DNA of 59,923 nt, taken from assembly GCA_964597995.1 (NCBI GenBank), contig CAZRAC010000003.1, forward strand, positions 1-59,923, written 5' to 3'. Below are positions 9,244 through 18,494 of this stretch, piece by piece (the first letter of the stretch is position 1; the number at the start of each line of letters is the position of its first letter). The stretch is from an uncultured Syntrophaceae bacterium (lineage in GTDB: Bacteria > Desulfobacterota > Syntrophia > Syntrophales > UBA4778). The notes beneath the pieces are model-generated. The model was given only the letters and a program-made list of their open reading frames with translations, made no database searches and had not been told where the DNA came from. The position numbers and the translations under genes are program-made.

Positions 9244-11019
9244 TCAGGGGATTTTCAGCTTTCTGCCGACATAAAGCGGGTCTTTGAGCTTCATGCCGTT
9301 GGCTTTGAGCAGGGCTGCGGTCGAGATGTCATGCCTTTTGGCTATTCTTTCTATCGTGTCGCCCTTTTTTACCCTGTAGTAAAGCGGTTTAGACGGCTCG
9401 GCCTCGCGGATCTTCTTTGTTGAAACCGTTTCTGCGTTTTCACGCCCGGAAGCTGCGGGAACTTTGAGTCTTAGGTTTACGTACAGGGGATCACGGAGCT
9501 TCATATTGTTCAACCGGAGGAGGACGGCAACGGTCGTTTTGTTCCTTGTCGCGATCTTTTCCAGTGTGTCGCCTTTCCTTACGGTGTAAAAAGAATACTC
9601 GAGGGGTTGCACTGAAGGCCTTTTTTGGGCGACCTTTTCGGCTTCACCTTCCTTTTTGACGGCCGGCACTTTGATATTACTACCCGCATATAGCGGGCCG
9701 TCGGCCTTCATGCCGTTTAATTTCAGGAGGACGGCAACGGTGGTGCCGTGCATCTTCGCGATTTTTTCGAGGTGATCCCCTTTTTTGACCTTGTAGAGGA
9801 CCGTGTCAATAGTCGGTTCGACGACCTTTGCCCGGTCCGGAGAAGGGTTTGCCTTTTCCGATTGAACTGTGGCGGCGATTGTGACCGGAGGGATTTTGCG
9901 TCCCGTCAGGGTCTCGTCTACTGCGGCGGCGATAGCCTCTGCGATCTTAGTCTGGAAGGAGGGACTCCGCAGCAGCATCTCTTCCCTGGGATTGGAGATG
10001 TAGGCAGTCTCCACCAAAACAGACGGTATTTCCGGCGTCTTGAGGACCAGAAAGGGTGCATACTGGACCTGCTCGAACTTAAGAGGGTTGACGGCCTTGA
10101 TCTGCTTCAGGATCGACGCCGCCAGGTTTCTCGAGAGGTTCATCGCCTCTGTCTGGACCATGTGAAGAGTGATCGGGTCCGATTCATCGTTTCCCTGGTC
10201 ATTCTCTGCGCCCCCGATGATATCGGCCAGGTTTTCCTTGCTGGCCAGCAGTCGTGCGGCAACGCTACTCGCCCCGGTTGTGGACAAGCAGTAGACCGAA
10301 CTTCCCCTGGCGCTCTTGTTTCTTGCAGCGTCGGCATGGATGCTGAGGAAGAGGTCCGCACCGTACTCCCTGGCAATCTGAATTCTTTTCTTGAAAGAGG
10401 GATAGTAGTCGCCGCGGCGCGTCAGGAAGGCCCGGTAGCCCTGTTTTTTGTCCAAAATCTTCTGGAGCCTTTGGGCGATCTTGAGAACGACCTCTTTCTC
10501 CTTCGTCTTTCTCAATCCTACTGCCCCGGGGTCGTCCCCGCCATGACCGGCGTCGATCACGATGATCTTATCTTTCTTGAGTATTTTTTGTTGTTTTCTC
10601 TCTTCTCTCTCCTTTTTTTCCATCTCCGGGAGCGCTATATCGACGACGACGCGAAAAGACTTGTCGGCGACGGCCTTCAGTTTAAACACGCGTGTTTCAA
10701 CATAGTCGGCCAACTGGAGCTGAACCCGGACAGAGTTGTCGGGAAGGGGTACGACTACTATTTTTTTGATACCCGGTTTGTTCAGGATCTCTTCCGACGG
10801 AACGGTATCGCTAATTTCCGTGTCCTTGAAATCCAGGGTGATCGTTTGGTCCGTTCTGCTGACTACGGTGTCGGCTTCTTCGTCCGTGTCGATGACTATG
10901 CGGGTGTTTTCCGGAGCGACCCAGTGCCGAATGTTGAGTATCTCAGTAGTCGCGAAGGCGCATTCCGGGCTGAGAAGAAAAAAAAACAGGCCAAGAACGA
11001 TTTTTTTGAAACTGGACAT
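9244..11019 (-). CDS. N-acetylmuramoyl-L-alanine amidase (AMIN + Amidase_3 + 3 LysM)
   Basis: IVIDAGHGGDDPGA, EKEVVL, FLSIHADA, SVLVETAYISN; three YxVKKGDxLEKIA LysM repeats. Confidence 0.92.
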   Translation of the reverse strand: MSSFKKIVLGLFFFLLSPECAFATTEILNIRHWVAPENTRIVIDTDEEADTVVSRTDQTITLDFKDTEISDTVPSEEILNKPGIKKIVVVPLPDNSVRVQLQLADYVETRVFKLKAVADKSFRVVVDIALPEMEKKEREERKQQKILKKDKIIVIDAGHGGDDPGAVGLRKTKEKEVVLKIAQRLQKILDKKQGYRAFLTRRGDYYPSFKKRIQIAREYGADLFLSIHADAARNKSARGSSVYCLSTTGASSVAARLLASKENLADIIGGAENDQGNDESDPITLHMVQTEAMNLSRNLAASILKQIKAVNPLKFEQVQYAPFLVLKTPEIPSVLVETAYISNPREEMLLRSPSFQTKIAEAIAAAVDETLTGRKIPPVTIAATVQSEKANPSPDRAKVVEPTIDTVLYKVKKGDHLEKIAKMHGTTVAVLLKLNGMKADGPLYAGSNIKVPAVKKEGEAEKVAQKRPSVQPLEYSFYTVRKGDTLEKIATRNKTTVAVLLRLNNMKLRDPLYVNLRLKVPAASGRENAETVSTKKIREAEPSKPLYYRVKKGDTIERIAKRHDISTAALLKANGMKLKDPLYVGRKLKIP

Positions 11020-11178
11020 CTGAGGTATTCTTCCTTTATTTTAAAAACTTTAACAGATTAGGCGGTCTATTACAACCAGTAGGATAGAAAACTGGTTGAC
11101 AACTGGCGTTCTTAGTGACATTTTCCCGCATTGTAAAAAGGTCTGGAAGCGGCATCAATAGGAGTCGGGAAGGATCAG

Positions 11179-12051
11179 ATGAAGATCAGGGAACTTTTTC
11201 GTCAGGAGGTGTTGACTCTTTCCTTCGAGGTCTTTCCTCCCGTGAGGGAAGGGAACTTGGAGAGTCTTTACAGAGCTATCGGAGAGCTCAAAAGCTTGAA
11301 GCCGGATTTTTTCTCCGTCACCTACGGAGCGGGTGGTAGCACCCGAGACAGGTCTCTTGAGATCGCTTCGAAAGTCAGGAACGACTACGGTCAAGAGGTC
11401 ATGGCTCATTTGACCTGCGTACAATCGACGAAGGACGAGATAGCCGGGATTCTCGATGAACTGCGGGATTCGGGCATCGAGAACATCCTTGCCCTTCGGG
11501 GGGACCCACCGTTGGGACAGGAAAAATCAGTCAAGACAGAAGGCGGGTTCGGCTATGCGAACGAATTAGTCGAATTCATCAGGTCGAGGGGTGACTTTTG
11601 TATCGCCGTGGCCGGCTATCCCGAAGGTCACATCGAAGCGCCGAGCCTCGAAGAAGACCTTCGCAACCTGAAGAGGAAAGTCGACGCTGGTGCGGACTTT
11701 ATCATTTCTCAGCTATTCTTCGATAATGACGTCTTCTACCGCTTCCGTGACAGGGCCTGGAAGGCCGGCATCCGGGTTCCGCTTCTGCCCGGTGTTTTTC
11801 CGGTCATGAATTACAAACAGATGCTGCGGTGCATTTCCCTCTCCAACGCGAGCGTTCCGAAAAAGCTTGCCGAAAAGATGGATAGGCTCCAGGATAAACC
11901 GGAAGAAACGGAGAAGTATGGCGTCGAGTACGCGGTCGGCCAGGCGGAAGACCTGATCCGTAACGAGGTCCAAGGGCTCCATATCTACAGCATGAACCGG
12001 AGCGGACCCGTCATCCGGATCATCGAGCAGCTTGACCTGCCCGGGCGGTAA
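11179..12051 (+). CDS. metF: 5,10-methylenetetrahydrofolate reductase
   Basis: SFEVFPP, SVTYGAGG, AHLTC, LALRGDPP, AGYPEGH, KVDAGADFIISQLFF. Confidence 0.95.
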   Translation: MKIRELFRQEVLTLSFEVFPPVREGNLESLYRAIGELKSLKPDFFSVTYGAGGSTRDRSLEIASKVRNDYGQEVMAHLTCVQSTKDEIAGILDELRDSGIENILALRGDPPLGQEKSVKTEGGFGYANELVEFIRSRGDFCIAVAGYPEGHIEAPSLEEDLRNLKRKVDAGADFIISQLFFDNDVFYRFRDRAWKAGIRVPLLPGVFPVMNYKQMLRCISLSNASVPKKLAEKMDRLQDKPEETEKYGVEYAVGQAEDLIRNEVQGLHIYSMNRSGPVIRIIEQLDLPGR

Positions 12052-12177
12052 TGACCTCTGATCCTTGCTGGATATCAGTGCCAGCGTTCGGTAACACCTA
12101 TTTATGATCCAACGATCCTTTTTTGACCACCTCCTGGGTAACATTTAATTTGAGGCAATTCGTGGAGCTGAAATAGA

Positions 12178-12205
12178 TTGACAAGAAAAAAAAGTTTTCT
12201 ATAAT
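12178..12205 (+). promoter_or_regulatory. Consensus sigma70 promoter of the yqeY-dnaG-rpoD operon
   Basis: TTGACA-16 nt-TATAAT, 80 nt upstream of yqeY. Confidence 0.85.
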
Positions 12206-12285
12206 TAATCGTTTTCGTATTGTATTTTTGTCGTACTTCTAAAAATACCTGATCCATGTAAGGGTCAGACAGGTGAGGTTCTACC

Positions 12286-12732
12286 GTGGGTATAAAAGCG
12301 CAACTCGAAAGTGACATCATTGCAGCCGCTAAGGCGAAGGACAAACTGAGGCTTTCCGCTCTCCGGATGGTCAAGACGGCGATGCACAACAAAGAGATAG
12401 ACCTGAAGAGGGATCTGACGGAACCGGAAATGTTGCAGCTCCTCTCATCCCTCGCTAAACAACGCGCTGATTCCATCGAGCAATTCAGGAATGGCGGCAG
12501 GATGGACCTGGTTGAGAAGGAGGAGGCGGAACTTAAGATTATCAAAGGTTTTATGCCTGAGCAGATGTCCGAGAAAGACATCGAAGAGGAAGTCGGAAAG
12601 GCAATCGCGGAGGTAGGCGCCGTCGGGCCCAAGGATATGGGCAAGGTGATGAAGGCCCTGATGCCCAAAATGGCCGGCAAAGCGGACGGGAAACTCGTCA
12701 GCGAACTGGTGAAAAAGAGGCTCTCTGCGTGA
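12286..12732 (+). CDS. yqeY: GatB/YqeY domain protein
   Basis: GTG start; KQRADSIEQFRNGGRMDL..E, KDMGKVMK..GKADG signature; upstream of dnaG. Confidence 0.92.
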   Translation: MGIKAQLESDIIAAAKAKDKLRLSALRMVKTAMHNKEIDLKRDLTEPEMLQLLSSLAKQRADSIEQFRNGGRMDLVEKEEAELKIIKGFMPEQMSEKDIEEEVGKAIAEVGAVGPKDMGKVMKALMPKMAGKADGKLVSELVKKRLSA

Positions 12733-12969
12733 GCATGTCTGCTCTGATGTAAGATTTGGGACTCCGAGGTCGTCGAGTACCGACGAGTTGTGGTTATTGT
12801 AAACATTGATTGTATTCCTAATTTCTCGGGTGGAATTGCTTAATTGCCTGTGTTAAAAGACGTAGTTTGGGTTTTTGCGGCTCTGTCCTTTCTACGATGA
12901 GAGCTTCGTTACATCCGGGCTGGGAAAGTCTTTCTGTTGTGCTCAAGCTGGATGATGGGGAACCACCCT

Positions 12970-14757
12970 ATGGGTTTTGTTCGTTCTGAGGCAGAGGAAG
13001 TCAAGAGAAGGACGAACATCGTCGATGTCGTATCAGAATATGTTCCTCTCAAGAAATCCGGGGTCAACTATACCGGTCTCTGTCCTTTCCATAAGGAAAA
13101 GACACCTTCTTTCTCGGTGAATGAAGACAAGCAAATCTTCTACTGCTTCGGCTGCGGGGAGGGTGGTGACGTATTCGCTTTTATCATGAAAATCAATGAC
13201 ATGAGCTTTCCGGAGGCGCTCAGGTACGTTGCGGGAAAGGTCGGGATAAGTCTTTCTAAGGAATACAGGGGCGTAGGGAGTAGTGCCGGGAAGAGCCTGC
13301 GGGAGGAAATTCTCAGGGTTAACGGAATGGCAGCGGACTACTATGCCGGGAATCTTTTGTCCGTTGCGGGGGAAGAGGCCAGGGTTTACCTTAAACGAAG
13401 GGGTCTCCGGGAGGATGTGGTCAGGACATTCCGGCTGGGATATTCCCTCCCCGGATGGCACAATCTCAATGGTTATTTCGAGGGTAGGAAGGTTTCCTCG
13501 GGATTACTCGAGAAGGCCGGCCTCGTGATAAGAAGAGATGACGGTGCTTATTATGACCGCTTCAGGGGAAGGTTGATGTTCCCGATCGAGGGTGTCAACG
13601 GAAACGTGGTCGCCTTTGGGGGGAGGTCACTGGGGGATGAAGTCCCCAAGTACCTTAACTCGCCCGAATCCCCCGTTTATGTCAAAGGGAGGAACCTCTT
13701 CGGCCTGAGCAGGGCGAAAGAAGAAATCCGTCGTCACAACGAGGCGATAATAGTAGAAGGATACTTTGACCTTCTCCAACTCTGGAACGCCGGCATAAGG
13801 AACGTCGTTGCCACCCTTGGGACGGCACTGACCGCGGATCAACTCAGTCTGTTGCGCCGTTATACGAGGAACGTCGTTCTTCTGTTCGATTCCGACGAAG
13901 GGGGAAGGCATGCGATTGAACGAAGCCTGAAGCTTTTTGTTGCGGAGAAGATACATGCAAAGATCGTAATCCTTCCGGAAGGTTACGACCCGGACACCTA
14001 TGTTTTGAAGGAAGGAAAAGAGGCCTTGGCGGGTCTGATCTCCAAATCACAATCCATGATAGACTATTACATCGACCATATCATCGGAGCTAAAAAAGGT
14101 TTGGAAGACCGGCTGGAGACGCTCGGCCGGGCCGTAGGTTTCATCGTTCAAGTAGATGATGTAAAATTAAGGGATATAATGATGACGCGGGTCTCAGAGC
14201 GACTCAGGATTTCCGAAGAAATTCTTAGAACCGAGATCCGCAAGGCGATTTCGTCAAAAGAGGGCAAGCCCCGGGAAAGAGGCGAGGTTTTGCAGCCTTT
14301 GAGGTCCCGGAAAGCCGACCCGATCGAGCTGAATTTCATCCATCTTCTCGTGGAGCACCCTGAATGGCATAGGGCAGTTCAGGAGGAAAAAGTTCTGGAT
14401 AATCTGCTGAGCAGTGAACTGAGGGCTCTGGGCCAGTATATTCTTGAAGAATCCCGGAGAGGAGAGAAGATTGACGTCAATATGGTCGTCGACCGCGTCG
14501 ACGACGAGGAGATGAAAAAAAAACTGTTCAGACGTTTCATGGAGGGGGTCTATCATGATGCGGGGATCGCCGAGAAAGAGTTTACGGATACAGTTTTGAA
14601 GATAAAGAGACGATGGCTTAAACAGCGAAGAAAATTGCTGGAGATGGAACTCGTAAAGGCACAGGAAGACAAGAACCGTTGCGACCTCCTGCTTGGCGAG
14701 CAGCAGCGGTTGGTCGAGGAAGAAAAAGAATTATCATTCAGTATCAGGGAGCATTAA
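12970..14757 (+). CDS. dnaG: DNA primase
   Basis: [16 protein letters not shown] zinc finger, [31 protein letters not shown] and FDSDEGG. Confidence 0.97.
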   Translation: MGFVRSEAEEVKRRTNIVDVVSEYVPLKKSGVNYTGLCPFHKEKTPSFSVNEDKQIFYCFGCGEGGDVFAFIMKINDMSFPEALRYVAGKVGISLSKEYRGVGSSAGKSLREEILRVNGMAADYYAGNLLSVAGEEARVYLKRRGLREDVVRTFRLGYSLPGWHNLNGYFEGRKVSSGLLEKAGLVIRRDDGAYYDRFRGRLMFPIEGVNGNVVAFGGRSLGDEVPKYLNSPESPVYVKGRNLFGLSRAKEEIRRHNEAIIVEGYFDLLQLWNAGIRNVVATLGTALTADQLSLLRRYTRNVVLLFDSDEGGRHAIERSLKLFVAEKIHAKIVILPEGYDPDTYVLKEGKEALAGLISKSQSMIDYYIDHIIGAKKGLEDRLETLGRAVGFIVQVDDVKLRDIMMTRVSERLRISEEILRTEIRKAISSKEGKPRERGEVLQPLRSRKADPIELNFIHLLVEHPEWHRAVQEEKVLDNLLSSELRALGQYILEESRRGEKIDVNMVVDRVDDEEMKKKLFRRFMEGVYHDAGIAEKEFTDTVLKIKRRWLKQRRKLLEMELVKAQEDKNRCDLLLGEQQRLVEEEKELSFSIREH

Positions 14758-14759
14758 AA

Positions 14760-16514
14760 ATGCGAAAGAGTATGCATTCAGACGAGATAAAGAAATTGAT
14801 TTCCCTGGGAGAGGAGAAGGGATTCTTGACTTACGACGACGTTAACGACATCCTGCCTTCCGATGTGACTTCTCCGGAAGAGATCGACGACATCATCATG
14901 CTCTTCGGCGAGAAGAACATCGATATCATAGACACGGACAAAGGTGAAAAGATAGTCCTCAAGAAGACGGCCGAGGAAATCGCCGAAGGGAAGGAGGAGG
15001 AAGAAGACCTCTCCGCCCTTCTGACCACGGCGGGAAAGACGGGCGATCCGGTGAAGATGTACCTGCGCGAGATGGGCGTAGTATCTTTGCTCAATCGCGA
15101 GGGCGAAATTGAGATCGCAAAGAAGATTGAGGAAGGTGAAAGAGAAGTCATGGAAGCGGTTTTCAGCGTTGCCACTTCCGTGAAGGATGTCATCGACATC
15201 GCCAAGAAGCTTCGTAGCGAGGACCTGCGGATCAAGAATGTCGTTGACAACCTCGAGGATGAAGACGGGTTCGTCGAGGAGGATATGCACCGGGAAAGAG
15301 TCCTGGAACTCATCGATAAGATTGCCCGGATCGAGAAGAGGAACGACACGCAGAGGAAGAAGATTGCCGATAGGTTCTCGACTGCAGAGGAAAAAAAGGC
15401 GGCAAAACAGGAGTTGGCCAAGAACACCAAGAAGATTGTCGAGCTTTCCCGGGAGATCAAGTTCAGCAAGAAGCAGATCAACCGCATGGTGTCAAGACTG
15501 AAAGACGCGGCGAATGAAATCAAGAAGGCCGAGGAGAAAGTCCTGCTGTGTAAGGATCGGACGGGTATGACCATCAAAGAAATGGAGAAGACCGTCGCTG
15601 AGATGAACCGGAATCCGGATAAGGCAGGCAAGATCGCGCGAGAATTGAGGGTTTCCATAAAGCGGATGAAGGAGTGCGAGGCAGCGATCAAGGAATGTCG
15701 GATAGTCACCAGGAAAGTTACGGCGGGAATCGGGCTTCCGGTCCCTCTTCTGAAAAACGTGGTTGCAAGGATAGAGGAAGGAGAGACGAAGGCCAACGAG
15801 GCCAAGAAAAAGCTGATAGAAGCCAATCTCAGGCTTGTGGTCAGCATAGCGAAAAAATATACCAACAGGGGCATGCAGTTTCTCGACCTCATCCAGGAAG
15901 GCAACATCGGTCTGATGAAGGCAGTCGATAAGTTCGAATATCAGCGCGGCTACAAGTTCTCGACTTATGCGACATGGTGGATACGCCAGGCGATCACCAG
16001 GGCGATTGCCGACCAGGCGCGGACGATCCGGATTCCGGTCCATATGATCGAGACCATCAACAAGCTCATCAGGACATCCCGCTATTTAGTGCAGGAATTA
16101 GGCCGAGAACCAAACCCGGAAGAAATCGCGGAAAAGATGGAGTTCCCCCTCGAAAAGGTCAGAAAAGTCCTGAGGATTGCCAAAGAACCTATTTCTCTCG
16201 AGACGCCCATAGGCGAAGAGGAAGACAGTCATCTGGGTGATTTCATAGAAGACAAGAAGATCATGTCACCCTCCGACGCCGCCATCAGCATGGACCTTGC
16301 CAAACAGACGCGAAAAATCTTGGCGACACTGACACCGCGGGAGGAAAAGGTCTTGCGGATGCGTTTCGGGATCGGCGAGCGCTCCGACTACATGGAAGAG
16401 GCCATAGACGACTTAGGCGCGACACTGGAGCGCACTAGGCAGATCGAGGCGAATGCACTGAAAATGTTAAGAAATCCGTCAAGGCGGCGGGAACTCAAGA
16501 TGGTCGTGAAATGA
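14760..16514 (+). CDS. rpoD: RNA polymerase sigma70 factor with an atypical region 4.2
   Basis: Regions 1.1/1.2 ([11 protein letters not shown]), 2 ([66 protein letters not shown]) and 3 are canonical; follows dnaG. ATG 14772 is an alternative start. Confidence 0.96.
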   Translation: MRKSMHSDEIKKLISLGEEKGFLTYDDVNDILPSDVTSPEEIDDIIMLFGEKNIDIIDTDKGEKIVLKKTAEEIAEGKEEEEDLSALLTTAGKTGDPVKMYLREMGVVSLLNREGEIEIAKKIEEGEREVMEAVFSVATSVKDVIDIAKKLRSEDLRIKNVVDNLEDEDGFVEEDMHRERVLELIDKIARIEKRNDTQRKKIADRFSTAEEKKAAKQELAKNTKKIVELSREIKFSKKQINRMVSRLKDAANEIKKAEEKVLLCKDRTGMTIKEMEKTVAEMNRNPDKAGKIARELRVSIKRMKECEAAIKECRIVTRKVTAGIGLPVPLLKNVVARIEEGETKANEAKKKLIEANLRLVVSIAKKYTNRGMQFLDLIQEGNIGLMKAVDKFEYQRGYKFSTYATWWIRQAITRAIADQARTIRIPVHMIETINKLIRTSRYLVQELGREPNPEEIAEKMEFPLEKVRKVLRIAKEPISLETPIGEEEDSHLGDFIEDKKIMSPSDAAISMDLAKQTRKILATLTPREEKVLRMRFGIGERSDYMEEAIDDLGATLERTRQIEANALKMLRNPSRRRELKMVVK

Positions 16515-16632
16515 TCTTGTCAAAAATTCTTGACAAAAAGGATGAATGAGAATTACAAGAACAACTCACTCGTTGCGCCGTGAGATACACGGTATAAACG
16601 ATGATGATGCAGTGAGTGCGATGTTCATGAAC

Positions 16633-16705
16633 GGGCCCATAGCTCAACTGGAAGAGCCACCGGCTCATAACCGGTAGGTCCCTGGTTCGAACCCAGGTGG
16701 GCCCA
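16633..16705 (+). tRNA. tRNA with CAU anticodon, most likely tRNA-Ile2 (lysidine type); CCA not encoded
   Basis: Cloverleaf: GGGCCCA/TGGGCCC acceptor stem, GCTC/GAGC D arm, ACCGG-CTCATAA-CCGGT anticodon arm, CCTGG-TTCGAAC-CCAGG T arm. Position after rpoD matches ileX-type synteny. Confidence 0.92.
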
Positions 16706-16793
16706 CTATCAAGCGCGAATTGCGAGGTCCTGGTTCAAGATGCCTTTAAAAGCATATACTGTACAATCAGGATGCCCGTCTGGGTATGGTCTG

Positions 16794-16822
16794 AAATGCA
16801 CCTGTAAGGGTGCATTTTTTTT
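16794..16822 (+). terminator. Rho-independent terminator after the tRNA
   Basis: AAATGCACC-TGTAAG-GGTGCATTT followed by a T run. Confidence 0.75.
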
Positions 16823-16858
16823 AGCCTTTGAGTCAAATTAAGAACAGGAGGAAGATGA

Positions 16859-17578
16859 TTGAAAGAGGATCTTCAGCATTTGATTTCGCTACAGAGGATT
16901 GACGCCAGCCTGGCAAGCGCCAGTATCCAGAAGCAGGAAGTTCCAGGAAGAATAGCCCGCCTTGACCAAGATTATGACTTTCTCAGGGAAAGGGCAGATG
17001 AAGGAAAACGGCGGCTCGATGAACTCCTGAAGGAACACAGAGCGAAAGAAGACAGTCTGAAGATGGGCATCGAGCATCTAAAGAAAACTAAAGAGCGCCT
17101 CCTGGAAGTGAAGACGAACAAGGAATATCAGGCGATGCTCAAGGAAATCGACGGCATCGTCAAGAAGAATGAAGAAATCGAGGATGAGATAATTTCGAAG
17201 CTCGAAGACATCGATGCCGCGAGGAACAATCTCAAGGTAAGAGAAGCGGAACTGGCGGAATTCCGGCTCCGGTATGACAAGGAGAGGAAAGACCTTGAGG
17301 GTGAGATGAGCAGGATCGACGGTGAAACCACCCGCCTGATGAAGGATGTAGAAAGGGTAAGGGGGAAGATAGACTCTGATATTCTCAAGCAGTATGATAG
17401 AATAAAGGCAAAGCGGAACGGCAGTGCCGTGGCCCCGGTCTGGAAAGGGGTGTGTGAAGGTTGTCACATGAACCTGCCTCCTCAGATGTGCAATGAATTG
17501 CAAAAATCGGCAGAAATCATGCAGTGCCCTTTTTGCAGCCGGATCATTTACTGGGACGACAGGGGAGAAAATGGCTGA
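16859..17578 (+). CDS. Coiled-coil protein with a C4-type zinc ribbon (DUF164 family)
   Basis: TTG start 7 nt after AGGAGG; long coiled coil; CEGCHM..CPFCSRI. Confidence 0.9.
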   Translation: MKEDLQHLISLQRIDASLASASIQKQEVPGRIARLDQDYDFLRERADEGKRRLDELLKEHRAKEDSLKMGIEHLKKTKERLLEVKTNKEYQAMLKEIDGIVKKNEEIEDEIISKLEDIDAARNNLKVREAELAEFRLRYDKERKDLEGEMSRIDGETTRLMKDVERVRGKIDSDILKQYDRIKAKRNGSAVAPVWKGVCEGCHMNLPPQMCNELQKSAEIMQCPFCSRIIYWDDRGENG

Positions 17579-17990
17579 TACGCCGTTCAGGCTTTACACC
17601 GACGGTGCATGCCGGGGTAACCCTGGCCTTGGCGGGATCGGGGTCGTTTTCAAGGATGAACAGGGCAACATAGTCGGTACGATCAAGGGATTTATCGGTT
17701 CCTGCACCAACAACGAAGCGGAATACCAGGCCCTCATTGCCGGGTTGAAGGAGGCGGTGAGGCGCGGCTACTCCCGACTTTCCATCTATATGGATTCTGA
17801 ACTGGTGGTGAAACAGATAAACGGCGCTTACCGGGTGAAGAGCAAAAATCTATCCGAATATTTTCAGGAAGTGAAAGATCTTCTCTCCGCCATCGGGAAT
17901 TACAGGGTTTTTCATATCGGACGGAACGAGAACAAGCTGGCCGACCAGTTGGCCAACGAGGCAATAGACGAACACGAAGGAAGTCTTTAG
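17571..17990 (+). CDS. rnhA: Ribonuclease HI
   Basis: YTDGACRGNPG, TNNEAEY, DSELVVKQ, NKLADQLAN. Confidence 0.92.
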   Translation: MADTPFRLYTDGACRGNPGLGGIGVVFKDEQGNIVGTIKGFIGSCTNNEAEYQALIAGLKEAVRRGYSRLSIYMDSELVVKQINGAYRVKSKNLSEYFQEVKDLLSAIGNYRVFHIGRNENKLADQLANEAIDEHEGSL

Positions 17991-18006
17991 CTGAACGCTC
18001 TTTGAT

Positions 18007-18458
18007 GTTGGAGTAGACGAGATGATCGCCGGTCCGCTTGGGGTGGGCCGGAGGAAAGTCCGAGCTCCACAGGGCAGGATGGTCGCTAACGGCGACTGGG
18101 GGTGACCCCAAGGAAAGTGCCACAGAAAAGATACCGCCCACCGGCTGCAAGCTGGGATTCGGGTTTGGAATCGCCGAGTTTCGGTTAGTTTTGAATTCTG
18201 AACTCTGCGGTGATGACCGCGGTGGGTAAGGGTGAAAAGGTGAGGTAAGAGCTCACCAGTTTCCTGGGTGACCGGGAAAGCTTGGTAAACCCCATCCGGA
18301 GCAAGACCAAATAGGAGGACGCTTGAGGGCTGCCCGTCCGATGTCCTCGGGTAGAGTCGCTTGAGGCACCGGGCAACCGGTGTCCCAGAGGAATGATCAT
18401 CGCCCTTCAACGGGTGACCGTGAAAGGGAACAGAACTCGGCTTATCGGCTGCTCCAAC
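18007..18458 (+). ncRNA. rnpB: RNase P RNA (bacterial type A) with an expanded P12
   Basis: GGAGGAAAGTCCGAGCTC, GAAAGTGCCACAGAAA, GGTAAACCCCATCCGGAGCAAG, AGAACTCGGCTTAT; the 5' and 3' flanks pair (GTTGGAG/CTCCAAC). Confidence 0.97.
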
Positions 18459-18494
18459 ATCAAACACTCAGTAGAAACGACGAACTGATCTGAG

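Noticed and set aside
9244-9800. Internal DNA repeats in the amidase gene
   Set aside because: Explained by three LysM domains.
9748-11061. 437-aa ORF antisense to the amidase (likewise 14831-15907, 28089-29231, 33345-34274, 39908-40795, 57736-58707)
   Set aside because: Antisense frames kept open by the codon bias of the real genes; no independent motifs.
11020-11178. SAM riboswitch upstream of metF
   Set aside because: No SAM-I core motifs in the short divergent spacer.
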